Part shown: one piece after another, positions 38,973 to 49,643 of the stretch
Layout of the letters: each line of letters opens with the position of its first letter
How positions within the stretch are numbered: the first letter of the stretch is position 1
Source of the DNA: an uncultured Bacteroidales bacterium
GTDB lineage: Bacteria; Bacteroidota; Bacteroidia; Bacteroidales; Bacteroidaceae
Length of the DNA stretch: 64,000 bases
Assembly: GCA_937906165.1 (NCBI GenBank)
Contig: CALCYA010000096.1
Coordinates: forward strand, 877-64,876
Direction of reading: 5' to 3'
The notes under the pieces: generated by a model
The model's database searches: none
What the model was told of the DNA's origin: nothing
The model's input: only the letters and a program-made list of their open reading frames with translations
Position numbers and translations under genes: made by a program

Positions 38973-39863
38973 ATGAAAGGAATTGTTCTTGCCGGTGGTT
39001 CAGGCACACGCCTTTATCCAATTACCAAGGGTGTAAGCAAACAGTTGTTGCCCATATATGACAAGCCGATGATATATTATCCAGTATCGGTGCTGATGCG
39101 TGCGGGTATTAGGGATATACTTATAATATCTACGCCCTATGACTTGCCTTCGTTCAAACGTCTGTTGGGTGACGGAAGTGACTATGGTGTGCATTTCGAG
39201 TATGCCGAGCAACCTTCTCCCGATGGTCTTGCACAGGCATTCATCATTGGTGAAAAGTTTATCGGTGATGATTCCGTATGCCTTGTGCTCGGTGACAACA
39301 TATTCCACGGTGCCGGTTTTTCCGCTTTGTTGAAAGAGGCTGTGAGAGCTGCCGAGGAGGATTCCAAGGCTACAGTGTTCGGTTATTGGGTGGATGATCC
39401 CGAACGTTACGGAGTTGCTGAGTTCGATAAGGAGGGTAACTGTCTCTCTATTGTCGAGAAACCGCAGCACCCAAAGTCGAACTATGCTGTTGTCGGTCTC
39501 TATTTCTACCCGAACAAAGTCGTTGAGGTTGCAAAGAGTATAAAGCCGTCAGCTCGTGGCGAGCTTGAGATAACTACCGTGAACCAGCATTTCCTCAATG
39601 ACGGGGAACTGAAGGTGCAGACATTACAGCGCGGCTTTGCATGGTTGGATACCGGTACGCATGACTCTCTTGCCGAGGCATCAATCTTTGTGGAGGTGAT
39701 AGAGAAACGTCAGGGACTCAAGATTGCCTGTCTTGAAGGAATTGCATACCGTATGGGGTGGATATCTGCAGAGAGGCTTGTTGAGATAGCACAGCCTATG
39801 ATAAAGAACCAGTACGGGCAGTATCTTTTGAAAATAGCTAAGGAGCAGAATACTCCGGAATGA
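38973..39863 (+). CDS. rfbA: Glucose-1-phosphate thymidylyltransferase
   Basis: [34 protein letters not shown] plus a YGVAEFD motif. Confidence 0.95.
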   Translation: MKGIVLAGGSGTRLYPITKGVSKQLLPIYDKPMIYYPVSVLMRAGIRDILIISTPYDLPSFKRLLGDGSDYGVHFEYAEQPSPDGLAQAFIIGEKFIGDDSVCLVLGDNIFHGAGFSALLKEAVRAAEEDSKATVFGYWVDDPERYGVAEFDKEGNCLSIVEKPQHPKSNYAVVGLYFYPNKVVEVAKSIKPSARGELEITTVNQHFLNDGELKVQTLQRGFAWLDTGTHDSLAEASIFVEVIEKRQGLKIACLEGIAYRMGWISAERLVEIAQPMIKNQYGQYLLKIAKEQNTPE

Positions 39864-39879
39864 AAAATTGGAATTTGCG

Positions 39880-40449
39880 ATGAATATAATAAAAACAGAA
39901 ATAGAGGGGCTGGTGATTGTAGAACCTCGTATTTTCAGGGATGACAGAGGTTATTTCTATGAATCATTCTCGCAACGTGAGTTTGAGGAGGAGGTCTGCC
40001 GTACCGCATTCGTGCAGGATAACCAGTCAATGTCGTCATATGGTGTGGTGAGGGGATTGCATTTCCAGAAACCACCTTTCTGCCAGAGCAAGCTTGTGCG
40101 TTGCATCAAGGGGGCAGTGCTGGACGTCGCAGTAGACATCCGCAAGGGTTCACCGACATTCGGCAAATATGTGGCTGTGGAACTGACAGAAGATAACCAT
40201 CGCCAGTTCTTTGTTCCGCGTGGCTTTGCACACGGCTTTGCTGTGTTGAGTGAGGTGGCTGTGTTCCAGTATAAGTGCGATAACTATTATAATAAGGAGA
40301 GTGAGGGAACAATTGCATGGAACGATGAGCAGATAGCCGTTGACTGGAGACTGCCTTCAGAAAAGGTTATCCTTTCGGAGAAAGACAAGCTAAGCAAGCC
40401 TCTTGCCGAGGCGGAGTTCCTGTTTGACTATAACGAAAAATTGTATTGA
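39880..40449 (+). CDS. rfbC: dTDP-4-dehydrorhamnose 3,5-epimerase
   Basis: DDRGYFYESF, RGLHFQ and FVPRGFAHGF motifs. The start was set at MNIIKTEIEG. Confidence 0.93.
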   Translation: MNIIKTEIEGLVIVEPRIFRDDRGYFYESFSQREFEEEVCRTAFVQDNQSMSSYGVVRGLHFQKPPFCQSKLVRCIKGAVLDVAVDIRKGSPTFGKYVAVELTEDNHRQFFVPRGFAHGFAVLSEVAVFQYKCDNYYNKESEGTIAWNDEQIAVDWRLPSEKVILSEKDKLSKPLAEAEFLFDYNEKLY

Positions 40450-40453
40450 CATA

Positions 40454-41323
40454 ATGAATATTCTTGTTACAGGGGCCAATGGCCAGTTGGGTTGCGAGAT
40501 GCGCCGCCTTGGTGCGGTTTCTCCCAATAACTACATCTTTACCGATGTTGCCGAGTTGGATATAACAGATAGTGATGCTGTAATGCGTGTGGTAAAGGAG
40601 TGTACAGTTGAGGCTATAGTGAACTGTGCTGCATATACAAACGTGGACAAGGCCGAGAGTGATGAGGATATGGCAGAGCTCATAAATGCTGTAGCTGTAG
40701 GTAATCTTGCCCGTGCCATGAAAGAGGTTGGAGGTACGCTCTTTCATGTTTCTACCGATTATGTGTTCGGTCGTGGGGGAAACACTCCCCGTACGGAGGA
40801 TATGCCACTTGATCCGCTTGGCGTCTATGGCCGTACGAAACTGCATGGTGAGGAGGCTATCGCGCAGAGCGGATGCAAGGCGCTCATATTCCGTACAGCA
40901 TGGCTGTACAGTGAGTTCGGGAACAACTTCCTTAAGACGATGATGCGCCTGACAGCCGAGAGAGAGCAGATTAACGTTGTGTTTGATCAGGTAGGTACTC
41001 CTACATATGCCGGTGACCTTGCGCTTGCGATATTCTCTATCATTGAGGCTGGGGTGTATGAGGGTAACGAGGGTATATATCATTTCTCGGATGAGGGTGT
41101 CTGCTCATGGTATGATTTTGCTGTTGAGATTGCAGCGGCCGCAGGCAACACTTCTTGCCGTATAAACCCATGTCACAGCAGTGAGTTCCCGTCACCTGTG
41201 ACCCGTCCGCCTTACTCGGTACTCGACAAGACAAAGATAAAGAATACATTTGATATCGATATTCCGCATTGGCGTGAGTCCATGGAGTATTGTATCAAAA
41301 GAATTAAAGCTAACAACAGATAA
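40454..41323 (+). CDS. rfbD: dTDP-4-dehydrorhamnose reductase
   Basis: MNILVTGANGQLG, AAYTNVDKAE, HVSTDYVF, YGRTKLHGE and RPPYSVLD motifs. Confidence 0.93.
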   Translation: MNILVTGANGQLGCEMRRLGAVSPNNYIFTDVAELDITDSDAVMRVVKECTVEAIVNCAAYTNVDKAESDEDMAELINAVAVGNLARAMKEVGGTLFHVSTDYVFGRGGNTPRTEDMPLDPLGVYGRTKLHGEEAIAQSGCKALIFRTAWLYSEFGNNFLKTMMRLTAEREQINVVFDQVGTPTYAGDLALAIFSIIEAGVYEGNEGIYHFSDEGVCSWYDFAVEIAAAAGNTSCRINPCHSSEFPSPVTRPPYSVLDKTKIKNTFDIDIPHWRESMEYCIKRIKANNR

Positions 41324-41334
41324 ATTTATAGGAT

Positions 41335-42471
41335 ATGAAACGCAGTATAATAGTAACCGGCGGTGCCGGCTTTATCGGTAGCCACGTGGTGCGCCTTTTC
41401 GTGAACAAGTATCCCGACTATCATATAATAAATGTGGATAAGCTTACATATGCAGGCAACCTTGCAAACCTTAAAGATGTTGAGGATAAACCGAACTATA
41501 CATTTGTAAAGGCAGATATATGTGATTATGAGCTGATGCTGCAGTTGATGAAGGAACATAATGTAGACGGCATAATTCATCTGGCAGCCGAGAGCCATGT
41601 GGACCGCTCCATCAAGGATCCGTTTACCTTTGCGCGTACAAACGTGATAGGTACTCTGTCGCTTTTGCAGGCTGCAAAGGTATATTGGGAATCTTTGCCC
41701 GAGAAGTATGAGGGCAAGCGCTTCTACCATATTTCAACCGATGAGGTATACGGAGCACTTGAGCTGACACATCCCGAGGGTATTGAGCCCCCATTCACAA
41801 CGACAGCTTCGTCGGGCGAGCATCATCTGGCTTATGGTGAGGATTTCTTCTACGAGACAACAAAGTATAATCCTCATAGCCCTTACTCTGCTTCAAAGGC
41901 AAGCAGCGACCACTTTGTACGTGCCTTCCACGATACATACGGAATGCCAACCGTGGTGACAAACTGCTCGAACAATTATGGTCCATACCAGTTCCCCGAA
42001 AAGTTGATACCGCTCTTCATAAACAACATACGTCACCGTAAACCATTGCCGGTATATGGTAAGGGCGAGAATGTACGTGACTGGTTGTATGTCGTTGACC
42101 ATGCCCGTGCCATAGATGTGATTTTCCACAACGGCAAGATTGCCGATACATACAACATCGGCGGCTTCAACGAGTGGAAGAATATCGATATCATAAAGGT
42201 GATAATAAGGACCGTTGACCGTATGTTGGGCAATCCTGAGGGTGCATCGCTTGACCTCATTACATACGTCACTGACCGTGCAGGGCACGACCTGCGTTAT
42301 GCCATTGACTCTACAAAGTTGCAGCGTGAACTCGGTTGGGAGCCCAGCTTGCAGTTCGAGGAGGGTATCGAGAAGACTGTGCAGTGGTATCTTGACAATC
42401 AGGAGTGGATGGACAATATCACCAGCGGTGAGTACGAGAAGTACTATGATGATATGTACAAGAACAGATAA
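41335..42471 (+). CDS. rfbB: dTDP-glucose 4,6-dehydratase
   Basis: IIVTGGAGFIGSH, HLAAESHVDRS, STDEVYG, YSASKASSD and NNYGPYQFPEKLIP motifs. Confidence 0.95.
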   Translation: MKRSIIVTGGAGFIGSHVVRLFVNKYPDYHIINVDKLTYAGNLANLKDVEDKPNYTFVKADICDYELMLQLMKEHNVDGIIHLAAESHVDRSIKDPFTFARTNVIGTLSLLQAAKVYWESLPEKYEGKRFYHISTDEVYGALELTHPEGIEPPFTTTASSGEHHLAYGEDFFYETTKYNPHSPYSASKASSDHFVRAFHDTYGMPTVVTNCSNNYGPYQFPEKLIPLFINNIRHRKPLPVYGKGENVRDWLYVVDHARAIDVIFHNGKIADTYNIGGFNEWKNIDIIKVIIRTVDRMLGNPEGASLDLITYVTDRAGHDLRYAIDSTKLQRELGWEPSLQFEEGIEKTVQWYLDNQEWMDNITSGEYEKYYDDMYKNR

Positions 42472-42505
42472 GATAGAAGTTGGACTTTACATGAAGTCTA
42501 AACAT

Positions 42506-42539
42506 AAAAATAACGGTGTCGTCAGACACCGTTATTTTT
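42506..42539. terminator. Bidirectional terminator between rfbB and the convergent OMP gene
   Basis: 15-bp stem aaaaataacggtgtc / gacaccgttattttt. Confidence 0.75.
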
Positions 42540-42553
42540 ATGTTGTTGCTCTC

Positions 42554-43240
42554 TTATTTGAATATCGGTATCGAATATCCGAGCCTGGCTGTTATCGTCT
42601 GGTTGGCCGAGCGGCCGAAATCATCGAGTTTGGAGTTGTTGAAAATGTCGGCAAGACCATAATAGTAACGTCCTTCAATAAAGAAATTACCGGCTTTTGT
42701 CTTCAGCTCAATTCCTGCACCACCGACTATGCCGTAGTCGAATTTGTTGTAAACTTCCTTGCCGTATACGGGTTGCAGTGTGGCGGGGCGTTCTTCTGGT
42801 TTCCAGTTGCCCTCGTATGTCTCATTGTCACTGATGAAGAACCCGAACTGCGGGCCCAAATTGATGAAGAACTGGAATCCTTTCTCCTCCTTGCCCCATG
42901 ACAGGTGTGCCAATAAGGGTATTTCAATATAGTTCAACTGTCTGTAATATCTGTTGTCGGTACCGTCGTCAAAATCCTCTTCCCAGCCTCGTTGTGAGAA
43001 GTTTACCTCTATCTGTGCGGCACAAATCATACTGAAATACTTCTCGCTGGTGTAGCGCAGGCTTATACCGCCATTGATGCCGTTGAACAGCTTTTGGCGC
43101 ATTGAAGGCTGGAAATCTACCTTGTTCAGGTTGAGGCCGCCCGCAACGCCAATCTCAAGCATCCTGCGAGGCTCTTCTATCTGTGCCGATACATTTGCGG
43201 CAAACAGTGCTATTGCTATTATGCTTAAAATTCTTCGCAT
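42554..43240 (-). CDS. Small outer-membrane beta-barrel protein (OMP_b-brl_2 / PorT-like family)
   Basis: Signal peptide ALFAANVSAQ within a 228-aa ORF with alternating aromatic/Gly strands. Confidence 0.6.
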   Translation of the reverse strand: MRRILSIIAIALFAANVSAQIEEPRRMLEIGVAGGLNLNKVDFQPSMRQKLFNGINGGISLRYTSEKYFSMICAAQIEVNFSQRGWEEDFDDGTDNRYYRQLNYIEIPLLAHLSWGKEEKGFQFFINLGPQFGFFISDNETYEGNWKPEERPATLQPVYGKEVYNKFDYGIVGGAGIELKTKAGNFFIEGRYYYGLADIFNNSKLDDFGRSANQTITARLGYSIPIFK

Positions 43241-45096
43241 TTGTCAAGGTCTATCTTTTCAATGTTATACTCTCTTGTATAGTGGATGAAGAAGAGCTTC
43301 TTGTTCATCATGGCCCCTTGGCCATCAAGTCGCTCGAACTTGAAGCCCGACTGCAAAGGTGCAAACTGCAATTCGTTTATCTTCTGTGGCATCTGGCTGC
43401 CGTAGAGGATTGTCGCAAGCAGGAACTGGTAACCGATGTCGTAACCCAACATTCCGTAGCGCGGGTATATTTTCTGCAGGTCGCGGTTGTACCAACGGAT
43501 GAAGTCGTTCTGGAATCTTGTAGCCTCGGGCAGTGAGAAGTGTGTGAAGAATGTCGCATAGAAGTATGTGTCTACCTCATACAGCTGCTCGCGTGCCTGC
43601 TGTGCGTAAACTTGCCACTCGGGGTATCCGAACAGCTTGAAATCGTTCATCAGGGCGGTGTCCAGCACGTTTGCCATAACCATGCTTGGCAGAATCCTGT
43701 TGAGTGTCTCTTTTGATGATGACATCGGGATGATGATGTTCTCTTTGCCTTCTGCCGCTAATGATGTAAAAGGCAGGACAATACCATCTTCCTCTTCTTC
43801 AATGTCTTTTTCGTTGAAGGCTATCTGCCCCATCTGCACAGTGGTGTAGGGGATGCTGTTCCTGTCGAGTTCCACGGTCAGCGCCTTTATGAAGTCGCGT
43901 TTGTTGCTCTTTATGGTGTCTTCTACAAAGATGACATTGGCATTGGGGAATGTTGTCACGAAATTACGTGCAACATCGGGCAATACAGCGGCCTGGAGTG
44001 TGTTCACGAAGAATGCCATCGGGTTGTTGGACAGTTCGTCCTTCTTGTTTGAGAAAGGTATCACAAGTGGAATCTCCTTCTCTTTGGCGAACTTGCCCAA
44101 CTCCTTGTTGTGATTGGGGTAGTATGCACCGATAATGAGGTCCATCTTGTCGAGGGCACCGCTTGACAACAGGTCATTGAGGCTCTTGTCCTTGAATCCT
44201 GTGTCGAATGTATTTATCTCCATGGAGTGTCCCTCTCGTTTCAGTCTCTCGACGGCCATGAGGAATCCCTGATAGAACTCCACCATACGTCCCTGCTCTT
44301 CGGGTGAGTAGCGGTCGAGCAGGAAGGGCAGTACAACGGCAATACGTGTGTCGCCGTCACCGAAACGGTCGTACACCTCTTCTTTCTCCGGCTCAACTAC
44401 GGGTGTGTTGACTATGAGCTCCTTGTATTCAACAACATCGTCCTTGGCGCTCCTCTTTGCAGGAATGTTGACAATCATCTTGCGTTTTACCTCCTTGCCT
44501 ACTAGCTCGGGGTTTACCTTGAGGAAATCCTCGACGCTTACCTCGTATTTCTTGCATATCTTTTCAATGGTCTCGCGTCTCTTGACTTTGTGGGTCTTTT
44601 CAATCTTTGGGGTATAGTCCTTTTCTACAGTCACAAACTTGAATGAAGTCTCCTTCTTTGTTCCGGATGTTCTGATATTCTGGTTGGGGATGACGATCTC
44701 CTTGCCCACCGGAAAATTGTTTATCGATAGGCCCGGGTTCGCTGCGCATATCTCATCGGGAGTGACACCATACTTTTTGCCCAAGCTGAAAAGAGTCTCC
44801 TTGCTGCGGATAGTGTGATATAGTTTTCCGTTGCGCACTACATCCTCATCGCTTGAACTCTTTGCACTTGCTTTCTGTTTGGGGATTCTCAGGGTCTGGC
44901 CTATCGAGAGTTTCTTCGCACTTCCCGGGTTGTGTCTTACAATGACTTCGACTGTGGTGTCGTACATCTTCGAGATTGAGAAGAGTGTCTGGCCCTGTGC
45001 AACCTTATGGTTGATGAACTCCCCGTTCTGTGCATTGGCAACAGCTGTGAATATGAACAGGGCAAAAAGAATGAGTATATGTCTGAAATTTTTCAT
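43225..45096 (-). CDS. LysM-repeat protein fused to a type 1 periplasmic-binding-protein-like domain
   Basis: Signal peptide, then three LysM repeats (HKVAQGQTLFSISKMY.., YHTIRSKETLFSLGKKYGV.., HKVKRRETIEKICKKYEV..), then a ~380-aa PBP-like region. The start was set at MKNFRHIL. Confidence 0.75.
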   Translation of the reverse strand: MKNFRHILILFALFIFTAVANAQNGEFINHKVAQGQTLFSISKMYDTTVEVIVRHNPGSAKKLSIGQTLRIPKQKASAKSSSDEDVVRNGKLYHTIRSKETLFSLGKKYGVTPDEICAANPGLSINNFPVGKEIVIPNQNIRTSGTKKETSFKFVTVEKDYTPKIEKTHKVKRRETIEKICKKYEVSVEDFLKVNPELVGKEVKRKMIVNIPAKRSAKDDVVEYKELIVNTPVVEPEKEEVYDRFGDGDTRIAVVLPFLLDRYSPEEQGRMVEFYQGFLMAVERLKREGHSMEINTFDTGFKDKSLNDLLSSGALDKMDLIIGAYYPNHNKELGKFAKEKEIPLVIPFSNKKDELSNNPMAFFVNTLQAAVLPDVARNFVTTFPNANVIFVEDTIKSNKRDFIKALTVELDRNSIPYTTVQMGQIAFNEKDIEEEEDGIVLPFTSLAAEGKENIIIPMSSSKETLNRILPSMVMANVLDTALMNDFKLFGYPEWQVYAQQAREQLYEVDTYFYATFFTHFSLPEATRFQNDFIRWYNRDLQKIYPRYGMLGYDIGYQFLLATILYGSQMPQKINELQFAPLQSGFKFERLDGQGAMMNKKLFFIHYTREYNIEKIDLDKCEEF

Positions 45097-45371
45097 GTCT
45101 GTAGATTCCTTGTTTGTTTGTTGCAATGCGGAGTGCACACTACCGCAAATCTATGCGAAGATACAACATAATTATCAAAATATGAATATAATGTCCCGAA
45201 AAACTGAAGCTCTTTCTCCCTTTCTCGTTTGATAATGTATAAGAAACTTAAAAGTGGAGGCTTGTTGCTGTTTTGTCGGTTGGATTTATTATTTTTGTTT
45301 TTTGGAATGTACGGAGCCGGTTACGTACTAATTGCCGGTTTCTTGCGTTAATGATTTAAGATTGTATATTT

Positions 45372-46100
45372 ATGAAAAGATACTTGCTGATGTTGCTGTT
45401 GCTCCTGTTTGTTTTTAGTGTGGGGGCACAGGTGAATATTGAGGCTCCGGAGCCTTATGCCGAGGTAACCGATAAGGATGGTGAGATGAGTGAGCTCTCG
45501 GCCGGTGGTGAGTTCTCGGGCGAGGCACCCGTAGTGCTCAAACTGTATGCCAATGCCGAGGAGGTTGACGGTTACTCTCTTGTCTGTTCATGGGAGTTCT
45601 TCAAGGAGGGCGAGACGGAGCCATATCTCGTACGCTATGACAATGAAGTGGAGATTGAACTCCGTGAGAGCGGTGCAACTATTGTACAGCCTGTGATAGT
45701 ATATACAAGCCGGGCGGATAGCGAGATTTACTGGGAGTTCGGCGCCGAGGTGTATGAACCTTTCCGCGTGGTGCTTTCCGAGTCGAACCTTGAAGCACCC
45801 AATGCTTTCTCGCCCAATGGTGACGGCATAAATGACTATTACAACGTGTTCAACGTTAAGTCCATAGTATCATTCAGCGGTGCGATATACAACCGTTGGG
45901 GCCAGCAGCTCTATTCGTGGGGCATTGACCAGATAGGCTGTGAGGATTGCGGTTGGGACGGAACATACAAGGGAAAGCCTGTTAAGCCCGGTGTCTACTA
46001 TGTTGTGATAGATGCCAAAGGTGCCGATGGCATCAGGTATGAGATACGTCGCGATGTTAACCTGCTCCGTGGATATACCGAGGAGACTGCTGCACCCTAA
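45372..46100 (+). CDS. Secreted protein with a T9SS type B sorting (gliding-motility C-terminal, CHU_C) domain
   Basis: Signal peptide plus a C-terminal NAFSPNGDGINDYYNV...IYNRWGQQLY...WDGTYKGKPVKPGVYYV pattern. Confidence 0.8.
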   Translation: MKRYLLMLLLLLFVFSVGAQVNIEAPEPYAEVTDKDGEMSELSAGGEFSGEAPVVLKLYANAEEVDGYSLVCSWEFFKEGETEPYLVRYDNEVEIELRESGATIVQPVIVYTSRADSEIYWEFGAEVYEPFRVVLSESNLEAPNAFSPNGDGINDYYNVFNVKSIVSFSGAIYNRWGQQLYSWGIDQIGCEDCGWDGTYKGKPVKPGVYYVVIDAKGADGIRYEIRRDVNLLRGYTEETAAP

Positions 46101-46116
46101 AACAAATAGATGAGCA

Positions 46117-48948
46117 ATGATGAGCAAAGCAGAAGAGGAAAAGGGAAAGATTGAGGTGTTCGGCGCGCGTGTGCATAACCTCAAGAATATTGATGTGGAG
46201 ATACCGCATGATTCGTTGACTGTTGTCACGGGCCTCAGCGGTAGCGGAAAGTCTTCATTGGCTTTTGATACGATATTTGCCGAGGGGCAGCGCCGTTACC
46301 TTGAGACGTTCTCTACCTATGCGCGAAACTTCCTCGGTGGCATGGAGCGCCCCGATGTGGACAAGATAACAGGCTTGAGTCCTGTGATATCCATTGAACA
46401 GAAGACTACCAACAAGAATCCCCGTTCCACAGTTGGTACAACAACCGAAATATATGACTATCTGCGTTTGCTCTTTTCCCGTGCAGCCGATGCTTACTCT
46501 TACCTGTCGGGTGAGAAGATGGTGAAGTATACCGAAGAGCAGATCCTTGACCTCATTCTCAATGATTACGACGGCAAGAAGATATATATGCTTGCGCCCC
46601 TCGTAAAGGCGCGCAAGGGACATTACAAGGAACTCTTTGAGCAGATGATGCGCAAAGGTTACCTGAACGTTCGCATCGATGGCGAATTGTGCGAGATGTC
46701 GCGCGGTATGATGCTCGAACGTTACAAGAACCACGATATCGAGGTTGTAGTTGACAAGCTCGCGGTGGATGCAAAGGACACTCAGCGTCTAAAGCAGAGC
46801 CTTGCAACGACATTGGCGCAGGGCGACGGTCTTATAATGATTATGGAGATGCCGTCGGGTACGGTGCGTCACTACAGCAAGCGCCTTATGTGTCCTGTGA
46901 CAGGCCTTTCATATAAGGAACCCGATCCGCATAACTTCTCTTTCAACTCTCCGCAGGGCTTCTGTCCCAAGTGTAAAGGATTGGGCGTGGTGAGTCAGGT
47001 GGATGTCGACAAGGTGGTGCCCGACCGTTCTCTGTCGGTCTATGACGGTGCATTGGCGCCGTTGGGTAAATATCGACGCTCGTCAATCTTCCAGCAGATT
47101 GAGGCTGTGCTTGCAAGGTACGATGCCGATCTCAAGACTCCGGTTGAGCAGTTGGGCGATGAGGCGATAGACGAGATACTTTACGGCTCGCCTGTTCCTC
47201 TCAAACTGAATAACTCCTCGGAGATGTTCTACGACAGCATAGCGACATATGACGGTCTTGTCAAATATATACAGCAGCAGAAGGATACCAGTGTTTCGGC
47301 GAAGGAGATGCGTTGGGCCGAGCAGTTCTCGGTGATGCATACCTGTCCCGAGTGTGGCGGCGCACGTCTTAACAAGGAGGCATTGCATTACCGCTTGGGT
47401 GGCAAGAATATTGCCGAGCTTGCCTCAATGGATATTTCGCAGCTTCACGAATGGCTGAAGAATGTTGACGCGCAACTCAGCGACAAACAGCGTGCCATTG
47501 CCGGTGAGATAATCAAGGAGATACAGTCGCGCATAGGCTTCCTGCTCGATGTGGGCTTGGGTTACCTGTCGCTGAACCGTGCTTCGGCATCGTTGTCGGG
47601 CGGTGAGGGTCAGCGCATACGTCTTGCCACGCAGGTAGGCTCCCAGCTTGTTAATGTGTTCTACATCCTTGACGAGCCGAGCATCGGACTGCATCCGCGC
47701 GATAACGACAGGCTCATAAACTCTCTCAAGAGTCTGCGTGACATAGGCAATACGGTGATTGTTGTTGAGCACGACCGTGACATAATGCTTGCGGCCGACT
47801 ATGTGATAGACCTCGGCCCCAAGGCTGGCCGCAAGGGTGGTGAGGTTGTCTTTGCCGGCACTCCCGAGCAGATGCTCAAGGGCGATACCATGACGGCACG
47901 TTTCCTCAACGGTAAGGAGCGGATTGAAGTTCCTGCCAAGCGTCGTGAGGGTAACGGCCATTCCATAAGGATTTTCGGTGCGCGTGGCAATAACCTCAAG
48001 AATATCGACGTCGAGTTCCCGTTGGGTAAGCTCATATGTGTCACAGGTGTTTCGGGTGGCGGAAAGTCCTCGCTCGTGAATGACACTCTTCAGCCGATTC
48101 TTGCCAAACATTTCTATCGCGCATTGCGCGAGCCGTTGCCGTATGACCGCATTGAGGGCATTGAGCACATTGACAAGATTGTGGATGTTGACCAGTCACC
48201 GTTGGGGCGCACTCCGCGTTCCAACCCTGCTACATATACAGGAGTCTTCTCCGATATACGTAACCTGTTTGTAGACCTTCCCGAGGCGAAAATCCGCGGC
48301 TACAAACCCGGACGTTTCTCGTTCAATGTGTCGGGCGGACGCTGTGAGGCCTGCAGCGGTAACGGCTACAAGACGCTTGAGATGAATTTTCTTCCCGACG
48401 TGATGGTACCTTGTGAGGTGTGCCACGGCAAACGTTACAACCGCGAGACACTGGAGGTACGTTACAAGGGGAAATCCATTGCCGATGTGCTCGACATGAC
48501 AATAAACATGGCTGTGGAGTTCTTTGAGAACGTTCCAACGATCCTCAACAAGATAAAGGTGTTGCAGGATGTGGGCCTCGGTTACATAAAGCTGGGGCAA
48601 CCGTCTACGACGCTCTCGGGTGGTGAGAGCCAGCGTGTGAAACTGGCGACAGAACTCTCAAAACGTGATACTGGCAAGACGCTTTATTTGCTCGATGAGC
48701 CTACGACCGGCTTGCATTTCGAGGATATACGTGTGCTCATGGGAGTGGTGAACCGACTGGTCGACAAAGGCAATACCGTAATAATCATTGAACATAACCT
48801 TGATGTGATAAAGATGGCCGACTACATCATCGATATGGGCCCCGAGGGTGGCCGCGACGGCGGTATGGTCATGGCTGCCGGCACTCCCGAGGAGATTGTT
48901 GCCAAAGGGGTAGGGCGCACGGCGCCTTATCTGGCGAAGGAGTTGTAA
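46117..48948 (+). CDS. uvrA: Excinuclease ABC subunit A
   Basis: 943 aa with two ABC modules ([48 protein letters not shown]) and zinc modules ([20 protein letters not shown]). Confidence 0.97.
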   Translation: MMSKAEEEKGKIEVFGARVHNLKNIDVEIPHDSLTVVTGLSGSGKSSLAFDTIFAEGQRRYLETFSTYARNFLGGMERPDVDKITGLSPVISIEQKTTNKNPRSTVGTTTEIYDYLRLLFSRAADAYSYLSGEKMVKYTEEQILDLILNDYDGKKIYMLAPLVKARKGHYKELFEQMMRKGYLNVRIDGELCEMSRGMMLERYKNHDIEVVVDKLAVDAKDTQRLKQSLATTLAQGDGLIMIMEMPSGTVRHYSKRLMCPVTGLSYKEPDPHNFSFNSPQGFCPKCKGLGVVSQVDVDKVVPDRSLSVYDGALAPLGKYRRSSIFQQIEAVLARYDADLKTPVEQLGDEAIDEILYGSPVPLKLNNSSEMFYDSIATYDGLVKYIQQQKDTSVSAKEMRWAEQFSVMHTCPECGGARLNKEALHYRLGGKNIAELASMDISQLHEWLKNVDAQLSDKQRAIAGEIIKEIQSRIGFLLDVGLGYLSLNRASASLSGGEGQRIRLATQVGSQLVNVFYILDEPSIGLHPRDNDRLINSLKSLRDIGNTVIVVEHDRDIMLAADYVIDLGPKAGRKGGEVVFAGTPEQMLKGDTMTARFLNGKERIEVPAKRREGNGHSIRIFGARGNNLKNIDVEFPLGKLICVTGVSGGGKSSLVNDTLQPILAKHFYRALREPLPYDRIEGIEHIDKIVDVDQSPLGRTPRSNPATYTGVFSDIRNLFVDLPEAKIRGYKPGRFSFNVSGGRCEACSGNGYKTLEMNFLPDVMVPCEVCHGKRYNRETLEVRYKGKSIADVLDMTINMAVEFFENVPTILNKIKVLQDVGLGYIKLGQPSTTLSGGESQRVKLATELSKRDTGKTLYLLDEPTTGLHFEDIRVLMGVVNRLVDKGNTVIIIEHNLDVIKMADYIIDMGPEGGRDGGMVMAAGTPEEIVAKGVGRTAPYLAKEL

Positions 48949-49070
48949 CGATTAAGGGTGAAGGCTGCGAGTAAGCGAGTGTGAGCAAAATATATTTTGC
49001 TCTCACAGCGAGCGGAAGCAGGCTCAAGCCCAAAGGGCTTAACGAGGAACGGGTGAGAGGTTAGAGGGAG
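48946..49070 (+). repeat. Member of the dispersed TAACGATTAAGG / CAGCGAGCGGAAGCAG structured repeat family (inverted relative to the 54.7/56.0 kb copies)
   Basis: It starts inside the uvrA stop codon (gTAAcgattaagg). It contains the 20-nt perfect palindrome gagcaaaatatattttgctc. Positions 49005-49031 (acagcgagcggaagcaggctcaagccc) are the exact reverse complement of the 27 bp ending at 56064. Confidence 0.8.
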
Positions 49071-49643
49071 TAAAGCAGAGAAGGACACAAGCCTTTATAT
49101 TAAATTTCGCTATTAATTCCGGGAATTATTTTAAAACAGATTCACAGTGCTCCTCATGATAAGAGGGCAGTGCGAAGCCACAGCACTGCGTTGCTTTCAG
49201 CGAGCTTTGTATGCGCTCGTTGTGTGTGTAAGCGAGCTTCCACCCACTCGCTGCCACAAACCTTGCGACGACGGTACCTTTAGGTACCCAAAGGAGTCTC
49301 CGAAGAAGCCCTGTCACGAAGTGACTGAGGAGTAGAAAACAGAGAAAAGACATACAGGCCTTGGCTGCGCTCCCTTAATAAAACTCCTCTACCGCAAGCG
49401 GTTCCACGGGCTGCTTCACTTTTCAAACTCCTATGTCACAATTCTTCGCTTGTGCCACCTTCTCTATAAACAGAGAGGACACAGCTGTCACAAAGTGATT
49501 GAGGGTTATGTTTCGTTGAATATTAGACATTTCTGTCATCTCGACAACTGAAAGGAGGAGAGATCTCTCGTCGCTACGCTCGCTCGAGATGACAGAACTT
49601 CGTGTTTGGCGTGTCTTGCCGGAGCCTCCACTGCATGGAGATT

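Noticed and set aside
42215-42901. A 228-aa + strand ORF spanning the rfbB 3' end, the terminator and the antisense strand of the OMP gene.
   Set aside because: It runs through a strong bidirectional terminator hairpin and overlaps two well-supported genes, so it has no independent support.
49126-49353. ORFs 49126-49353 (-) and 49147-49335 (+) in the uvrA-downstream spacer.
   Set aside because: They are mutually antisense and lie within repeat- and palindrome-dense DNA. Their composition is odd (Cys/Arg/Leu-rich) and they have no motif. The palindromic sequence itself generates open frames on both strands.
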